Of a stretch of DNA of 64,000 bases, positions 37,801-47,200 are shown piece after piece. Positions within the stretch are counted from its first letter, which is position 1; each line of letters begins with the position of its first letter. The stretch comes from a virus. Its lineage: Duplodnaviria; Caudoviricetes. Both the position numbers and the translations under genes were made by a program. The stretch lies in the IMG/VR virus record IMGVR_UViG_3300028172_000069, one strand, 5' to 3'. Below the pieces are notes generated by a model. It was not told the DNA's origin and made no database searches. It saw nothing but the letters and a program-made list of their open reading frames with translations.

Positions 37801-38529
37801 ATCGACACTAACAGCACCAGCGTTCGCCATCCATGGCATACGCACCGCACCGCCTTCCTTGCCCATGTTCAGGTAGAACTCCCAGATACCCTTACCGCTA
37901 CCATTGATAGCACTTGGGCACTCGAATGGGCAATCAAACCCACCGGCGATCTTCGTACCGCAGTCCATGTCCGGACGGATAATGAGGACACCCTTCTCCT
38001 CACAGACACCCAGTCCGGGACGGTAGATACACGAGCCCTTGTCGCCCGCTCCATCCCCATCGCTATCTGGCAGATCATAGCCACCTGGATATGGTGCTCC
38101 TTCCTGCCATCCAGAGCCGCCTTGGCCGGATCCTTTATCCCCATTATTGTACCAAGGGCTGCCAGGACCGTTCAAACCGCCTCCTATTCCGCCCGACCCA
38201 GACCCAGGGTCCGTGCCGTTACCGCCCGCCCCTCCGTTGCCTCCGTTGCCACCTGTTCCACCGCCGGAGCCGTTACCACCACCTGAACCATTGCTACCCT
38301 TACCGTCCGGTGTGCCGCCGTACTCATCCTCAGTGTCACAACTGGCTAGGCCTTCCGCCTTGCAATCAATGTCCAGCCAATAGGTCTCAGCACCATGGCG
38401 AACCTTCATGCCCTGCGCAGGAGTGATGCGTGTCCAGCCTGTGTTGCTTGGATTGCGCACCCGCCATTCACTCTGGCAGATATCCAACCACTTGGTGTTG
38501 GCCGCATTCCTGATTCTTAGTCTACTCAT
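34879..38529 (-). CDS. 1216-aa modular adhesin-like virion protein
   Basis: N-terminal triple RVR..N..W repeat, Gly-rich linker, three Cys-flanked beta-sandwich repeats, split Calx-beta, TSP-C-like DDDMIG lectin, GATase-like domain, PA14-like C-terminus. Confidence 0.8.
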   Translation of the reverse strand: MSRLRIRNAANTKWLDICQSEWRVRNPSNTGWTRITPAQGMKVRHGAETYWLDIDCKAEGLASCDTEDEYGGTPDGKGSNGSGGGNGSGGGTGGNGGNGGAGGNGTDPGSGSGGIGGGLNGPGSPWYNNGDKGSGQGGSGWQEGAPYPGGYDLPDSDGDGAGDKGSCIYRPGLGVCEEKGVLIIRPDMDCGTKIAGGFDCPFECPSAINGSGKGIWEFYLNMGKEGGAVRMPWMANAGAVSVDVYYRGKVIASTGGQRTGKGVLQFVFTPVNNDPLVFVRVRATKASKWTLQMKCVGDDDTDGEITDPRPCHGTFEVKKEGGLGTFEFYHAMGDKAGLVDIHYQMWNQPDKLEVFQDGRLLKSTGGYVAGEGHVKFDYSPTESQLVMVRITARDPGTSWIYLITCPGEKGSEDDPRPCSDQSAVTSGGAGVTDTYVDMGPNAGKVGVRYQMYNIPDKLDVYQGGTLVATTGGPVTGDHWLYFNYNPAGGQKIQIRVTGSGKTSWSFLHTCPGDEDPNISIDDPIVKEGKEGETAQLCWTVTMDKPQSMPVTVDYQSGGGTAKPFICQGRILANDEFNNPFIAVADCGVGRAAFDGGFPKFYNNAYRAPQDAPTGQAVFDSWWRTAGDEYYSDPTTIPAASQATAWRLSSGNIQSTTNSSKMISFCSPLSYMSYTFEATLSSGEADDDMIGLVAAFARVGADNYHLVASRVPGGMGGYGSGNFNLTLLVNGVPTKVLATKTSGGNGNWNGRGQTRVRVERDCNIITIYCSPFGSVALDSGTKIEVDLSADADLSAFTGQTSWGFCAQSQANATFSSVFVSGIGLPPAFTYLKNLIQWTARTNNRTGKVLITCDNATGGNYTLDSQPNGFGISLPGTVTAAGFTPVMKDVYAWNSVGAIPLAELLTYDTIIFMGSRVTATGVAAEGILKEGSVANFAEYAKRGGGLVVITDHYVFESGANQLANLFGMEFYGSVDRSAISVAAMITAWGDHQAWDGLHCEKIPAGGSEGALRIKVEERDYQPTSGTVTFAPGETSKQVCVPVFGNDVQQPDRTVGMTIGNASKGNITKSGGFGTIMDDDSAICNQNPSEQVFERAGGPDGCNLLHVQPNFDCAAGNVMYLMQAFIPFTYSGSHVITVISDDDYELYIDCKKVGSGPIGVATLTVDVRAGTRNVILRYKNIPNCTPGYAGFSVRYNNQVQYLTKAADWKGQANSIGEIG

Positions 38530-38544
38530 TGGTAGAACTCCAAC

Positions 38545-39060
38545 TTATGGCTTGACCCACAGTGCCCCAGGGACAACGTGGACGGCAGCATCCAGCACTG
38601 GGTCAGCGGTCTGAATCCAGATTTGAACGACGCCATCCTTGCCATCAGGGCCAGTGGGTCCAGTTGCACCGTTAGGGCCTGTAGCCCCTGGGTTGCCTTG
38701 TTCGCCGCGAGGGCCTTGACGACCGGGAGGGCCAGCTGGGCCTTGGCAACCAGTGGCACCCTTCTCACCGTCAGTACCATTGAGACCATCACGGCCATCT
38801 TGACCTGCTGGGCCAGTGGGGCCTGCTTGGCCAACGCCCATGTCGCTGACAGTGGTGAACCCAGAGAGCTGGAGGCTTTCACCATTGCGCAGGACGAGCG
38901 TCAGGGTACCAGAGGTGGCGTCGTAGTTACCAGCCGTGATGCCGTAGTCGTTCTGGTTGAGGCTATCCTCTTCCACCACGACGTTGTTACCATCGAAGCG
39001 CACGTCACTACCAGAGCGACCTTTGGCATCGAGCAATTTGAGTGGAACGCGAGTCAGCAT
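38545..39060 (-). CDS. collagen-like fibre protein 2
   Basis: 23 Gly-X-Y triplets; MLTRVP start; [10 protein letters not shown]; C-term IQTADP...GALWVKP. Confidence 0.85.
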   Translation of the reverse strand: MLTRVPLKLLDAKGRSGSDVRFDGNNVVVEEDSLNQNDYGITAGNYDATSGTLTLVLRNGESLQLSGFTTVSDMGVGQAGPTGPAGQDGRDGLNGTDGEKGATGCQGPAGPPGRQGPRGEQGNPGATGPNGATGPTGPDGKDGVVQIWIQTADPVLDAAVHVVPGALWVKP

Positions 39061-39072
39061 AAGGTCACCTTG

Positions 39073-39768
39073 TTATGGCCATGGAGTGCCGATGGGTGGG
39101 TCAGTCGCAGGAGGCGTTACAGTGCCGCCACCGCCGCCACCCGATGCAGGAGTTTCAGTGGCGCTTGGGTTAACCCAGAGCCAGCCAGCACCCACGTTAC
39201 CAGGGTCAGTAGTGGAGACGATGATATTCACGGTACCTGCAGGGCCAGGAGCACCCGGCTTACCCGTAGGACCTTGCTCACCTCTTGGACCAGTGGGGCC
39301 GATTGGACCTTGCGGGCCAGTGGGTCCGCGTTCACCCGGTGCACCCTTGGGACCTGGGCAACCACGAACGCCTTGCTGACCCATCATGCCATCGCGACCA
39401 TCAGGGCCGGTAGCACCAGTGGCGCCTTGTGGCCCCGCTGGACCTTGGCAACCCTCTTCGCCTTTCTCACCGTCCTTACCATCACGGCCGTCTTGGCCAT
39501 CTTTACCCGGCAAACCCTGAGGGCCTGTGGGACCAGCAGGGATGTTACCCGCTGTGGCAAAGCCATTGATACGAACGGTATCACCGTTGCTCATGGTGAG
39601 CGTCAGGATACCCAGCTGGGCATCGTAGTAGCCGCTGGAGACTTCACTGATATCCGACTCAAGCGGCGCACTGGCCTCAAGGTGTTCGTCCCTGACCACT
39701 ACTTCGGTCTGGTCTGATTCACCCGGGGCATAGATCAACGAACTGTGGATTCGAGTCAAGCCTGTCAT
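39073..39768 (-). CDS. collagen-like fibre protein 3
   Basis: 34 Gly-X-Y triplets; [10 protein letters not shown]; C-term VSTTDP...GWLWVNP. Confidence 0.85.
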   Translation of the reverse strand: MTGLTRIHSSLIYAPGESDQTEVVVRDEHLEASAPLESDISEVSSGYYDAQLGILTLTMSNGDTVRINGFATAGNIPAGPTGPQGLPGKDGQDGRDGKDGEKGEEGCQGPAGPQGATGATGPDGRDGMMGQQGVRGCPGPKGAPGERGPTGPQGPIGPTGPRGEQGPTGKPGAPGPAGTVNIIVSTTDPGNVGAGWLWVNPSATETPASGGGGGGTVTPPATDPPIGTPWP

Positions 39769-39777
39769 GTTGAATCC

Positions 39778-41187
39778 TTATAGGTACTGCTGCACGGAGC
39801 TGTTGCCTGCCCAGTTGTCGTCAGTCTTGGATGAGGCAAACTCACCTTTGAGGCCGGCGTTCTTGGCATTCTTACCCGTGAAGTACAGCAGTTCGCCTGT
39901 GGAGGCGTTGTAGATTTTCAGGGCACACCACGTTGGGATGCGCGCTGCGTTGTTGAGGAAGCGCAGGCGAACCTCAGTGGGTTTGTCCAGTGTCTTCGTG
40001 ACTCGCGTGGTACCACCTGGGTAGTCCGTCTGGCTGATGATCGCACAGTTCAGGAACAAGGTGGAGGCAACGCCCGGTGGAGTAATCAACTCGAAGGTGT
40101 ACGCTGCACCAGCGGCCAGAGTACCACACATGACGACACTGTTTGGCCACCATGCAGTGTTTTGCCGTGCGAGTGGAAGTCCCGAGAGACCCAGTACACC
40201 GCCACCTGCATCGAAGTTGGCCCATGCAACATACCACGCAGTCGAGGTACCACCACACGAACTCTTCGGACTCTGGTTACCAAAGCTCGTACACAGGCTG
40301 ATGCGCGCAGATGCAGTAGGTGGAGGCGATGGGTTAGCTGGCGCTGATGTATCAGGAGCAGGCGTTGCTGGCGCAGTAGTTGCACCGCACAGCTTACCAG
40401 TCCAGCCACACGTTGGCGCAACTGCATCAACACCGTCATCGTCCAAGCCCATGATTGCGACTTCTGGATCAGAGGCAGCGGCTAGGCCAAAGGCAACACC
40501 CTTACCGAACTTGGCACCTTGTGCACCTTGAGCGCCAGTGTTCTCTTCATCGCAACTTGGTCCAGTGAGGCCACGAGCGCCTTCAAACCCGTTACGTCCC
40601 TGTGGACCCACGACACCACGATCGCCCGATGCACCCTCACAACCGTCTGGACCTTGCAAGCCCATGATGCCGGGATTACCTTCGACGCCTGGGTTACCAG
40701 TCTCACCCGGATCACCCTTCTCACCTTCGCAACCGGTAGCACCTTGAGCACCATCACGACCGAGACGTCCGTTCTTCCCATCTTTACCCGGATCGCCACG
40801 AGGACCTGTAGCACCATGACCCATCGCGTCTTGGCGCAGGAAGTTGAAGATGCGGTACTCTTCTTGGTTCTTCCGCACGAGGACAAGCGAACCCGTTTGT
40901 GGGTCGTAGCTCCACTCCTCGATAAGGCGCCCGTTCTCCAGCGTGCGATCACGGTAGTCGATGCTGTTGGACTCTTTGCGGAAGGCTTCCCTGCCATCCT
41001 GCCCAAACGTCTCGAACTGGTTGAGTTGTGGCTCAGTCAATGTCTGGCCAGTCATCAGGGCCTGAATCTCTTTCGAGTTCTTCACCCTGAGGTTTGTAAT
41101 CACAGGCGCACCGATGGGCACCCGGGATTGGTCTCCTAGGATAGACTTCCCAAGGAGTGGAGAGTCGGAAACACCTTTCACACTCAT
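39778..41187 (-). CDS. collagen-like fibre protein 4 with C-terminal PA14-like domain
   Basis: 29 Gly-X-Y triplets; YDPQTGSLVL; Cys-rich C-terminal beta domain. Confidence 0.85.
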   Translation of the reverse strand: MSVKGVSDSPLLGKSILGDQSRVPIGAPVITNLRVKNSKEIQALMTGQTLTEPQLNQFETFGQDGREAFRKESNSIDYRDRTLENGRLIEEWSYDPQTGSLVLVRKNQEEYRIFNFLRQDAMGHGATGPRGDPGKDGKNGRLGRDGAQGATGCEGEKGDPGETGNPGVEGNPGIMGLQGPDGCEGASGDRGVVGPQGRNGFEGARGLTGPSCDEENTGAQGAQGAKFGKGVAFGLAAASDPEVAIMGLDDDGVDAVAPTCGWTGKLCGATTAPATPAPDTSAPANPSPPPTASARISLCTSFGNQSPKSSCGGTSTAWYVAWANFDAGGGVLGLSGLPLARQNTAWWPNSVVMCGTLAAGAAYTFELITPPGVASTLFLNCAIISQTDYPGGTTRVTKTLDKPTEVRLRFLNNAARIPTWCALKIYNASTGELLYFTGKNAKNAGLKGEFASSKTDDNWAGNSSVQQYL

Positions 41188-41645
41188 AGTGCACCTAGTG
41201 TATGCGACAATGCCTCCAGTATGGTATCAACCTGTTCACAGGCTGTTGCTTGCCCCACCATGGAGGTGCTGTCGTGTTGAATGAATCGCAGCTTGTTGTG
41301 CCGTTCGTTAAGCTGCGCAAACGTCTTGCGCGTGTCCTCAACCGTTAACCAGCCAAGGACCTCATCGAAACAGGACTGCTCGCAAGCAACGCTGCGGTGC
41401 AGTTGGTTCAGATGCTGCTCAGACGGCAGCAGCTTGCCCACTTCGGTACGGATAATCTCCAGCGCCTTTGCCTTGTAGGAAATAAGCGATGGGCTGATCC
41501 GAACATTCACACCGGTGACTTCAATGTCCAGCATGCCAGGGTTGTCCTCCAGCATCCTGTATATGTCGTCACCAATGGGAATGGCGTCGTGTGGCGGCTG
41601 TGTGCTGCGTCCATAACTCCCATCGGGCATGACGTAGCAGATCAT
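41184..41645 (-). CDS. putative tail-fibre assembly chaperone
   Basis: Small beta+helix protein directly downstream of the tail-collar fibre gene. Confidence 0.45.
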   Translation of the reverse strand: MICYVMPDGSYGRSTQPPHDAIPIGDDIYRMLEDNPGMLDIEVTGVNVRISPSLISYKAKALEIIRTEVGKLLPSEQHLNQLHRSVACEQSCFDEVLGWLTVEDTRKTFAQLNERHNKLRFIQHDSTSMVGQATACEQVDTILEALSHTLGAL

Positions 41646-41652
41646 GGCTCAC

Positions 41653-43962
41653 CTATTTGGCAATCTTCGGCGTACCGATGATGTTGACGTTGACGTTCAG
41701 GAACGAACCGTACTGGCTCACGTTCGCGTTCTTCACCCGCATCTTCACCACAACGTCGATGTAGCCCGCTGGGTGGTTCTTGGTCACAATATCGTAGACC
41801 TGAGTGAGCGAGGCGTTGGAGTAGGCACGTTCGTTCTTGTCGCCACCAAGGGACGAGAAGCCAGCAGTACCAGTACCTGCAATCTGGCGACCGTAATCAG
41901 GCTCCTGACTCTTGGACGAACGGAAGCCAACCACGTACTCCATGATCTCCAAGCCTTCTTCCGTGACGAAGCCAGGGCCGAGTGCTGCTTGGAAGTCAGC
42001 GTGGACAGTCACCATCACGTCACTGGAGAGATTGACACGGTGCGTGAACAGAATCTCTTGGGCGTCCTTCTGGTTCCGAGTATCCGTGAACTTGAAGTTG
42101 GCCTCGGCATCAGTCAGTTGCTCACTGATGGTCGATTCGATCCGGTACACAGGGTGCGAACCACTGATACGGATACCCGAGCCAGCGATCAGCGATACGC
42201 CAGGCACAGGCAGGACAATCGGCTTGGCACCATGACGCAGGAGCTTCAAGGTACGACCAGTAAGCACTGCATCAATGACCACACCAGCAAGGTTGGTATT
42301 GCTACTGCCTTGTGCTGGCGCGTTGTCGTACAGGGTAATCTCGACACCCAGGCCTTTGCGAATCGGCCCAGTGAAGATCACCTTGTTGTCTACCAGAGTG
42401 TACTGGTTGCCATGGATGTGCGCACCAGACTGGGATACCTCGATGTACTCAACCGACTGCGGAGTGAACGGCAGTTCGAGGAAGTACGTGTCGTCACTGG
42501 TGATCGTGGCGATGGTCGAGATGGTGGTGCTGTAACCCTCGAAGTCTTCGATACGGAAGCTACGCAACTCCACGTCAACGCCAGCAGGGATCGGTGCTAC
42601 AAACTTGACCTCCTGCGTTGTGGCATCGTAGGTGAACGTGGTGAGCATCTGCCGGATACCGCGAATGTACGCCTTGATGTAGTTGGCGTCTTGCACGGGC
42701 TGGCTGATCTTGAAGTTCTGCGTGCTGCCATCACCCACCACATGGTCAACCTTGATCAACATGCGGCTGCCGTTCGACGGGATACGTGTGAACAGGCGCA
42801 GGTCAATTGGAATCTGGGCGGCAATTGCCTCCACAAACTCAATCTCGTTGCCGCTCATATCAAACGCATCACGGTGCTGGGTTACACCACCAAGCGCTGG
42901 CTGCAGGTAGTTGACGTTCTCGATTTCCAGATCGCCAAGGGCATAGCGTGCCTCGGTACCATCGCCTGTGTAGTTGATAGTGCTCATTACCAGCTTGGAA
43001 GGCGCACGGTACAGCGTGCTATTGATCCCACCAGACGACTTGGGTGGCGCCCAACGTGGGCATTCGTCATAACCACGAACGAGTACCCAGTCAGCAGGCA
43101 CACCATCCATGATCGGCGGGTAAGAGCACGCACCGCCTGCACCACCAGCACCTCCACGACGTCGCCATACAGCGATAGTCGATTGGGCATCGAGGCCAGT
43201 GACTGGCTGCGAGTCAGCTTCAACCAGCTTGGTACCCGACACACGGTAACGGCGCGACTTGCCTTGACCATTGCCGAGGACGACGTGGCCAATGACTATC
43301 TCGTTATCGTCGAGGTCGATTCCGCTGAGAGTAATCTCAGTAGCGCTGGCAGCCGTGGGCTTTCCGAAGAAGATACGATCATGGTCGCTAAATGCCCACT
43401 GGAAACCACCTGCACCAGAACGCATAGCCAGAACAGGAGTAGCACTGCCATCCGAGTTATACGTACCATCCAGTACCGTAACCGCATTGAACGAGCTTTC
43501 TCCAGGCGATTGCAGACGGAAGACGTTGGGCGTCGATGGAATGGACGAGTAGTCGCCAATGGTGACGTTGATAGTCGTCAGGTCACAACGGCTAGTTACC
43601 AGCAGGCAGTTGAAGCGAACCGTCTCACCCTTGATCAGGATGTAAGGCGTCTCGAAGACACAGCGCCCAAGCAGCGTACGGCTGCTCAGGTATACGCAGG
43701 TCTCACGGACTTCCGTGTCTTCCTTGATCAGGTAGCCCGGGATTTCAAAGACGAAGCGAGCGGTGTTCTTGGAGAGCACCTCCACGTGGTGGATGGTACC
43801 CTCGAAGAGGTTGTTGCCCAGAATGTCGACGGCATCAGTCTTGCTCGGGGACTGCGAGGAGTCCCCAAACTTGAAGAAGGTAGCGTCAACGAGCTGGCCG
43901 CCTGCCGACGCGTTGTTGATCGCCTGTAGGCCAACGTCGGAAAGAATCAGCACTTCGCTCAT
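41653..43962 (-). CDS. baseplate-attached tail fibre/collar protein
   Basis: N-terminal phage tail-collar-fibre (DUF3751-like) domain ILSDVGLQAI...F.FGD...ETCVY...LLG; GDG.T..F repeats. Confidence 0.7.
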   Translation of the reverse strand: MSEVLILSDVGLQAINNASAGGQLVDATFFKFGDSSQSPSKTDAVDILGNNLFEGTIHHVEVLSKNTARFVFEIPGYLIKEDTEVRETCVYLSSRTLLGRCVFETPYILIKGETVRFNCLLVTSRCDLTTINVTIGDYSSIPSTPNVFRLQSPGESSFNAVTVLDGTYNSDGSATPVLAMRSGAGGFQWAFSDHDRIFFGKPTAASATEITLSGIDLDDNEIVIGHVVLGNGQGKSRRYRVSGTKLVEADSQPVTGLDAQSTIAVWRRRGGAGGAGGACSYPPIMDGVPADWVLVRGYDECPRWAPPKSSGGINSTLYRAPSKLVMSTINYTGDGTEARYALGDLEIENVNYLQPALGGVTQHRDAFDMSGNEIEFVEAIAAQIPIDLRLFTRIPSNGSRMLIKVDHVVGDGSTQNFKISQPVQDANYIKAYIRGIRQMLTTFTYDATTQEVKFVAPIPAGVDVELRSFRIEDFEGYSTTISTIATITSDDTYFLELPFTPQSVEYIEVSQSGAHIHGNQYTLVDNKVIFTGPIRKGLGVEITLYDNAPAQGSSNTNLAGVVIDAVLTGRTLKLLRHGAKPIVLPVPGVSLIAGSGIRISGSHPVYRIESTISEQLTDAEANFKFTDTRNQKDAQEILFTHRVNLSSDVMVTVHADFQAALGPGFVTEEGLEIMEYVVGFRSSKSQEPDYGRQIAGTGTAGFSSLGGDKNERAYSNASLTQVYDIVTKNHPAGYIDVVVKMRVKNANVSQYGSFLNVNVNIIGTPKIAK

Positions 43963-43965
43963 GGA

Positions 43966-44211
43966 TTAACCCTCGCAGTCGCTGATTGGCGTCGAGACCC
44001 GGCAGGTCGGGCAGTAGTACACCTGACCAGCAGGGATCATCGCTGTGCCCATGGCTTTACGGCACTTCGGGCAGTTGCCTTCGCTGGTGTTATCGACAGC
44101 CGCGACAGCAATCTCGGCATTCCCATTGGCGACAGCCGTGTGTTGCGCTGGCGCTTGTACTTCGGCGTGCGGGTTGTACACTTCACGGCCGGTGGTCATT
44201 TTTACTTTCAT
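43966..44211 (-). CDS. small Zn-ribbon protein
   Basis: CPKC...YYCPTC; AGGA RBS. Confidence 0.7.
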   Translation of the reverse strand: MKVKMTTGREVYNPHAEVQAPAQHTAVANGNAEIAVAAVDNTSEGNCPKCRKAMGTAMIPAGQVYYCPTCRVSTPISDCEG

Positions 44212-44220
44212 GGTAGTTCC

Positions 44221-47200
44221 TTAATTCCCGAAGGTTACTTCGAAGGTCATCGTGCCGTTGCCGTCAAAGTCGGAGCGATACAGATACCAGTTGGATGTTG
44301 TGCCGGACGCATCAGTGCGCGCGACAGTGATTGGACCGTACTGCTCACCTACAGAGCCATCATCAGGCCAGGACGCTCCGTCGAATCCGCCTTCAAAGTT
44401 GGAGGCTTGGTCAACGAACTTGGCGAGGCCGAGTGTCGCAGGGTAGCAGAAGTACATGTATTCGCCAGCGCCAGCAGTCAGCGTAAACTTCTGGCCAGAT
44501 GCCATTGTAGGCAAATGGTTGGTCAGCTTGTCTGCAATCGCAGGGTCGTTACGCACGCCAATCTGGGCCAAGCCGTAGATCGGGGTACTGTCTACCTCAG
44601 CAATCACGCTAATCTCCTTGGTCGCCGTGACAGTCTCGAACCCTTCCTTGTACGTGGCCTTCAGGATAAACTTGAACGCTTTGGAGGCGTCAATTACGTT
44701 CACCTGACCAGCGCCGTTGACAACTACGCGACCATCTGGGGAAACGATGCTCCACTCAGGCTGCACAGGATGCCCTTTGCCTGGTGTCTCAGTCTCACCA
44801 TTACGGAAGAGCTCCGACGTGTAGAGTTCCTGCTTGGCACCGTTGATTGTCTCAGGCCCGTAGATCGCCAGCGACTTCAACTGGTCCTCATCGCCGATGA
44901 TGTTGATGACCATCGAATCGACAAGGGTATAGGTGCCACACTGGTACGTCGAGGTGATCGTGGCAGTCGTGGACTTACCATTCACGGACCAGACGAAGCC
45001 AGCACTATCAATTGCAGCCACGAGAGGATCAGCGTCAATCGTCCAGTCACTACTCACCAATAGCTCATTCGCACACTCCTCGAACACGATGGCATGGGAG
45101 TACGAACCACGCTCGGTGACGTAGAAGGCGGCAGGTCCAATGATCCGGCTGCTCACAGGCTTGTCAGGCGAGTTGACGATACGTGGCGTTACGGTGATTT
45201 CAAACTCGGCAATCTCCTTGAAGTAGCGGGCAATCGCCGTGACCTTGGTGTCCTTTTCAACCACACGTCCTTGCAGCACGCCAGGCGATACAATGTCCGC
45301 CATTGGGTCTGGATCGTTCAATGGGTCAGCAGACTGCACGGTCCACTGTGGGCTCACCGTTTCAAGCAATCCATCAGAGTACACGGCGGTGCCAGTGAGC
45401 ACAATCCGTGCACCTTCCATGACCGTGTTAGGGCCACTGATAATCAAGCCCTGAATGATCCGTGTGTTCGGAATCAAGACAAGTGGCTTGCTCTGCACGT
45501 ATGCCTTACCACCCAGCCGGTATGTAGCAACAACCTCCACGATACCAACCAGTGGGTCCTCGAACGACAGCAACCCGTTGACGTCAATGGATGCCCATGC
45601 AGGATCACCCTTAATCGACCACGTGGGCGTGATTTCCACGTCACGGCCATTGGAGTAGTGTGCGTATGCAGTGAACTTGCCCAAGCTGCCTTCCCGGACG
45701 TTATCCGGGCCCATGACAAGGATGTTGTCCAATGTCACCGGTGTATTGATGGCTACGATCTGCTTGATGGCATCCCGCCCGTTGACGCGAGCACGCAACT
45801 GGAGATTGACCGGTGTGGAGCCAACAGAGCCCACCTCCAGGTACCCTCTTTCGTCAATATAGAAGCGATTTGTTGTCCAATCTGCATCCACTATGCCCGT
45901 AGAACCATCCGAGAATCGGGCGGACACAACGTAGCGATTCTTGGTGTTTTCCACCACTTGGTTTGGTCCAAGAATCTCCGTATGCACCACGCTAACCGTC
46001 CGGCGGAGGAAGGACACAGGCTTGGTTGCCGTGAGCTTGACACCCTTGTACTGGTGCGTGGCCTTGAAGGTAATGTCCAACTCGGCCAGTGTCTCGGTGA
46101 TGTAGGCCTCACCATCAGGTGTGATGTAGATGGCACCACAGCCGGGATCCCATGCACCCAGTACGCCCTTGTGCGTTCCATCCGAGTAATGCGCCACGAG
46201 GGTGTATTGCTTCACCTCGTTCTCGTAGAAGCTGTCAGGGCCGAGTATCTCAAGGTCCACAAGGTGAACATCAGGGTCCACGAAGATGGCCTGCACCTTC
46301 TTCACGGCGGTGAGCGTCTGCCCATCAGGGAGCTTGCACTCGGCGCTCAGGATCACCTCACCATCAGCGTCGATCTGGTACACATGGAGGTTGTTGCCCT
46401 GCATGTAACCCAGTGTGGAGCGCGTGGTGATCGTCAGGTCGTGGGTTTCATCACCGCCTGTGGTATGAGCTACCACTTGGTAGGTGCCAAACTCGTTCGC
46501 ACGGACACTGTCAGGGCCTTGAATCTCGATGGTCCTGATGTTGCTGGCGCTGTTCTTCACCTTGACGTTCAGGCTGGCGGACATACCCTCGTACTCGCCA
46601 TAGATCACCACGTCGGTATCAAAGCTGACGTTGCCAAAGGAGGCGAAGTCACCATTGAAGCCCACGAGGCCAGTGCGACTACTGTTCCATACACCCTTCA
46701 CACGGACTGTCTGCGTGAAGTAGGTGTCCACTGCTGGCGTAGCAGGAGTACCCGGAATCGCTGGAGTGCCTGGTGTTGCTGGCACTGCTGGCTGGTATGG
46801 GACTTCTGGCTTACCTGGTACAGCAGGCACAGCAGGTTGGTATGGAATCTCAGGCGTCGCAGGCTGATAAGGCACTGCTGGCTTACCTGCTTGATACGGG
46901 ATTTCTGGAACAGCAGCCTGATATGGGACCTCTGGCTTGGCTGCTTGGTACGGCACTTCAGGAGAGCCTGGGTTAGCCGGTACTTCTGGCTTGCCCGGGA
47001 CTGCCTCGTGGTAGATCGAGTAACTACCGTTCTGCGGGTTAGGCACTTGGAAGTCGTATGTAGCTGAACCAATGCCCGAGAAGTCGGTACGGTACAGGTA
47101 CCACGTGAGCGTCACACCATTGACTGTGCGCTCAATCTCAATAGGCCCGTATTCATCACCTACGTCCTGATCAGGCCACGATGCACCATCCCATCCACCT

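Noticed and set aside
24011-47067. Long plus-strand ORFs (24011-25852, 28519-30222, 36418-38286, 41644-43929, 45094-47067)
   Set aside because: They lie exactly opposite well-supported minus-strand structural genes and have non-protein-like composition
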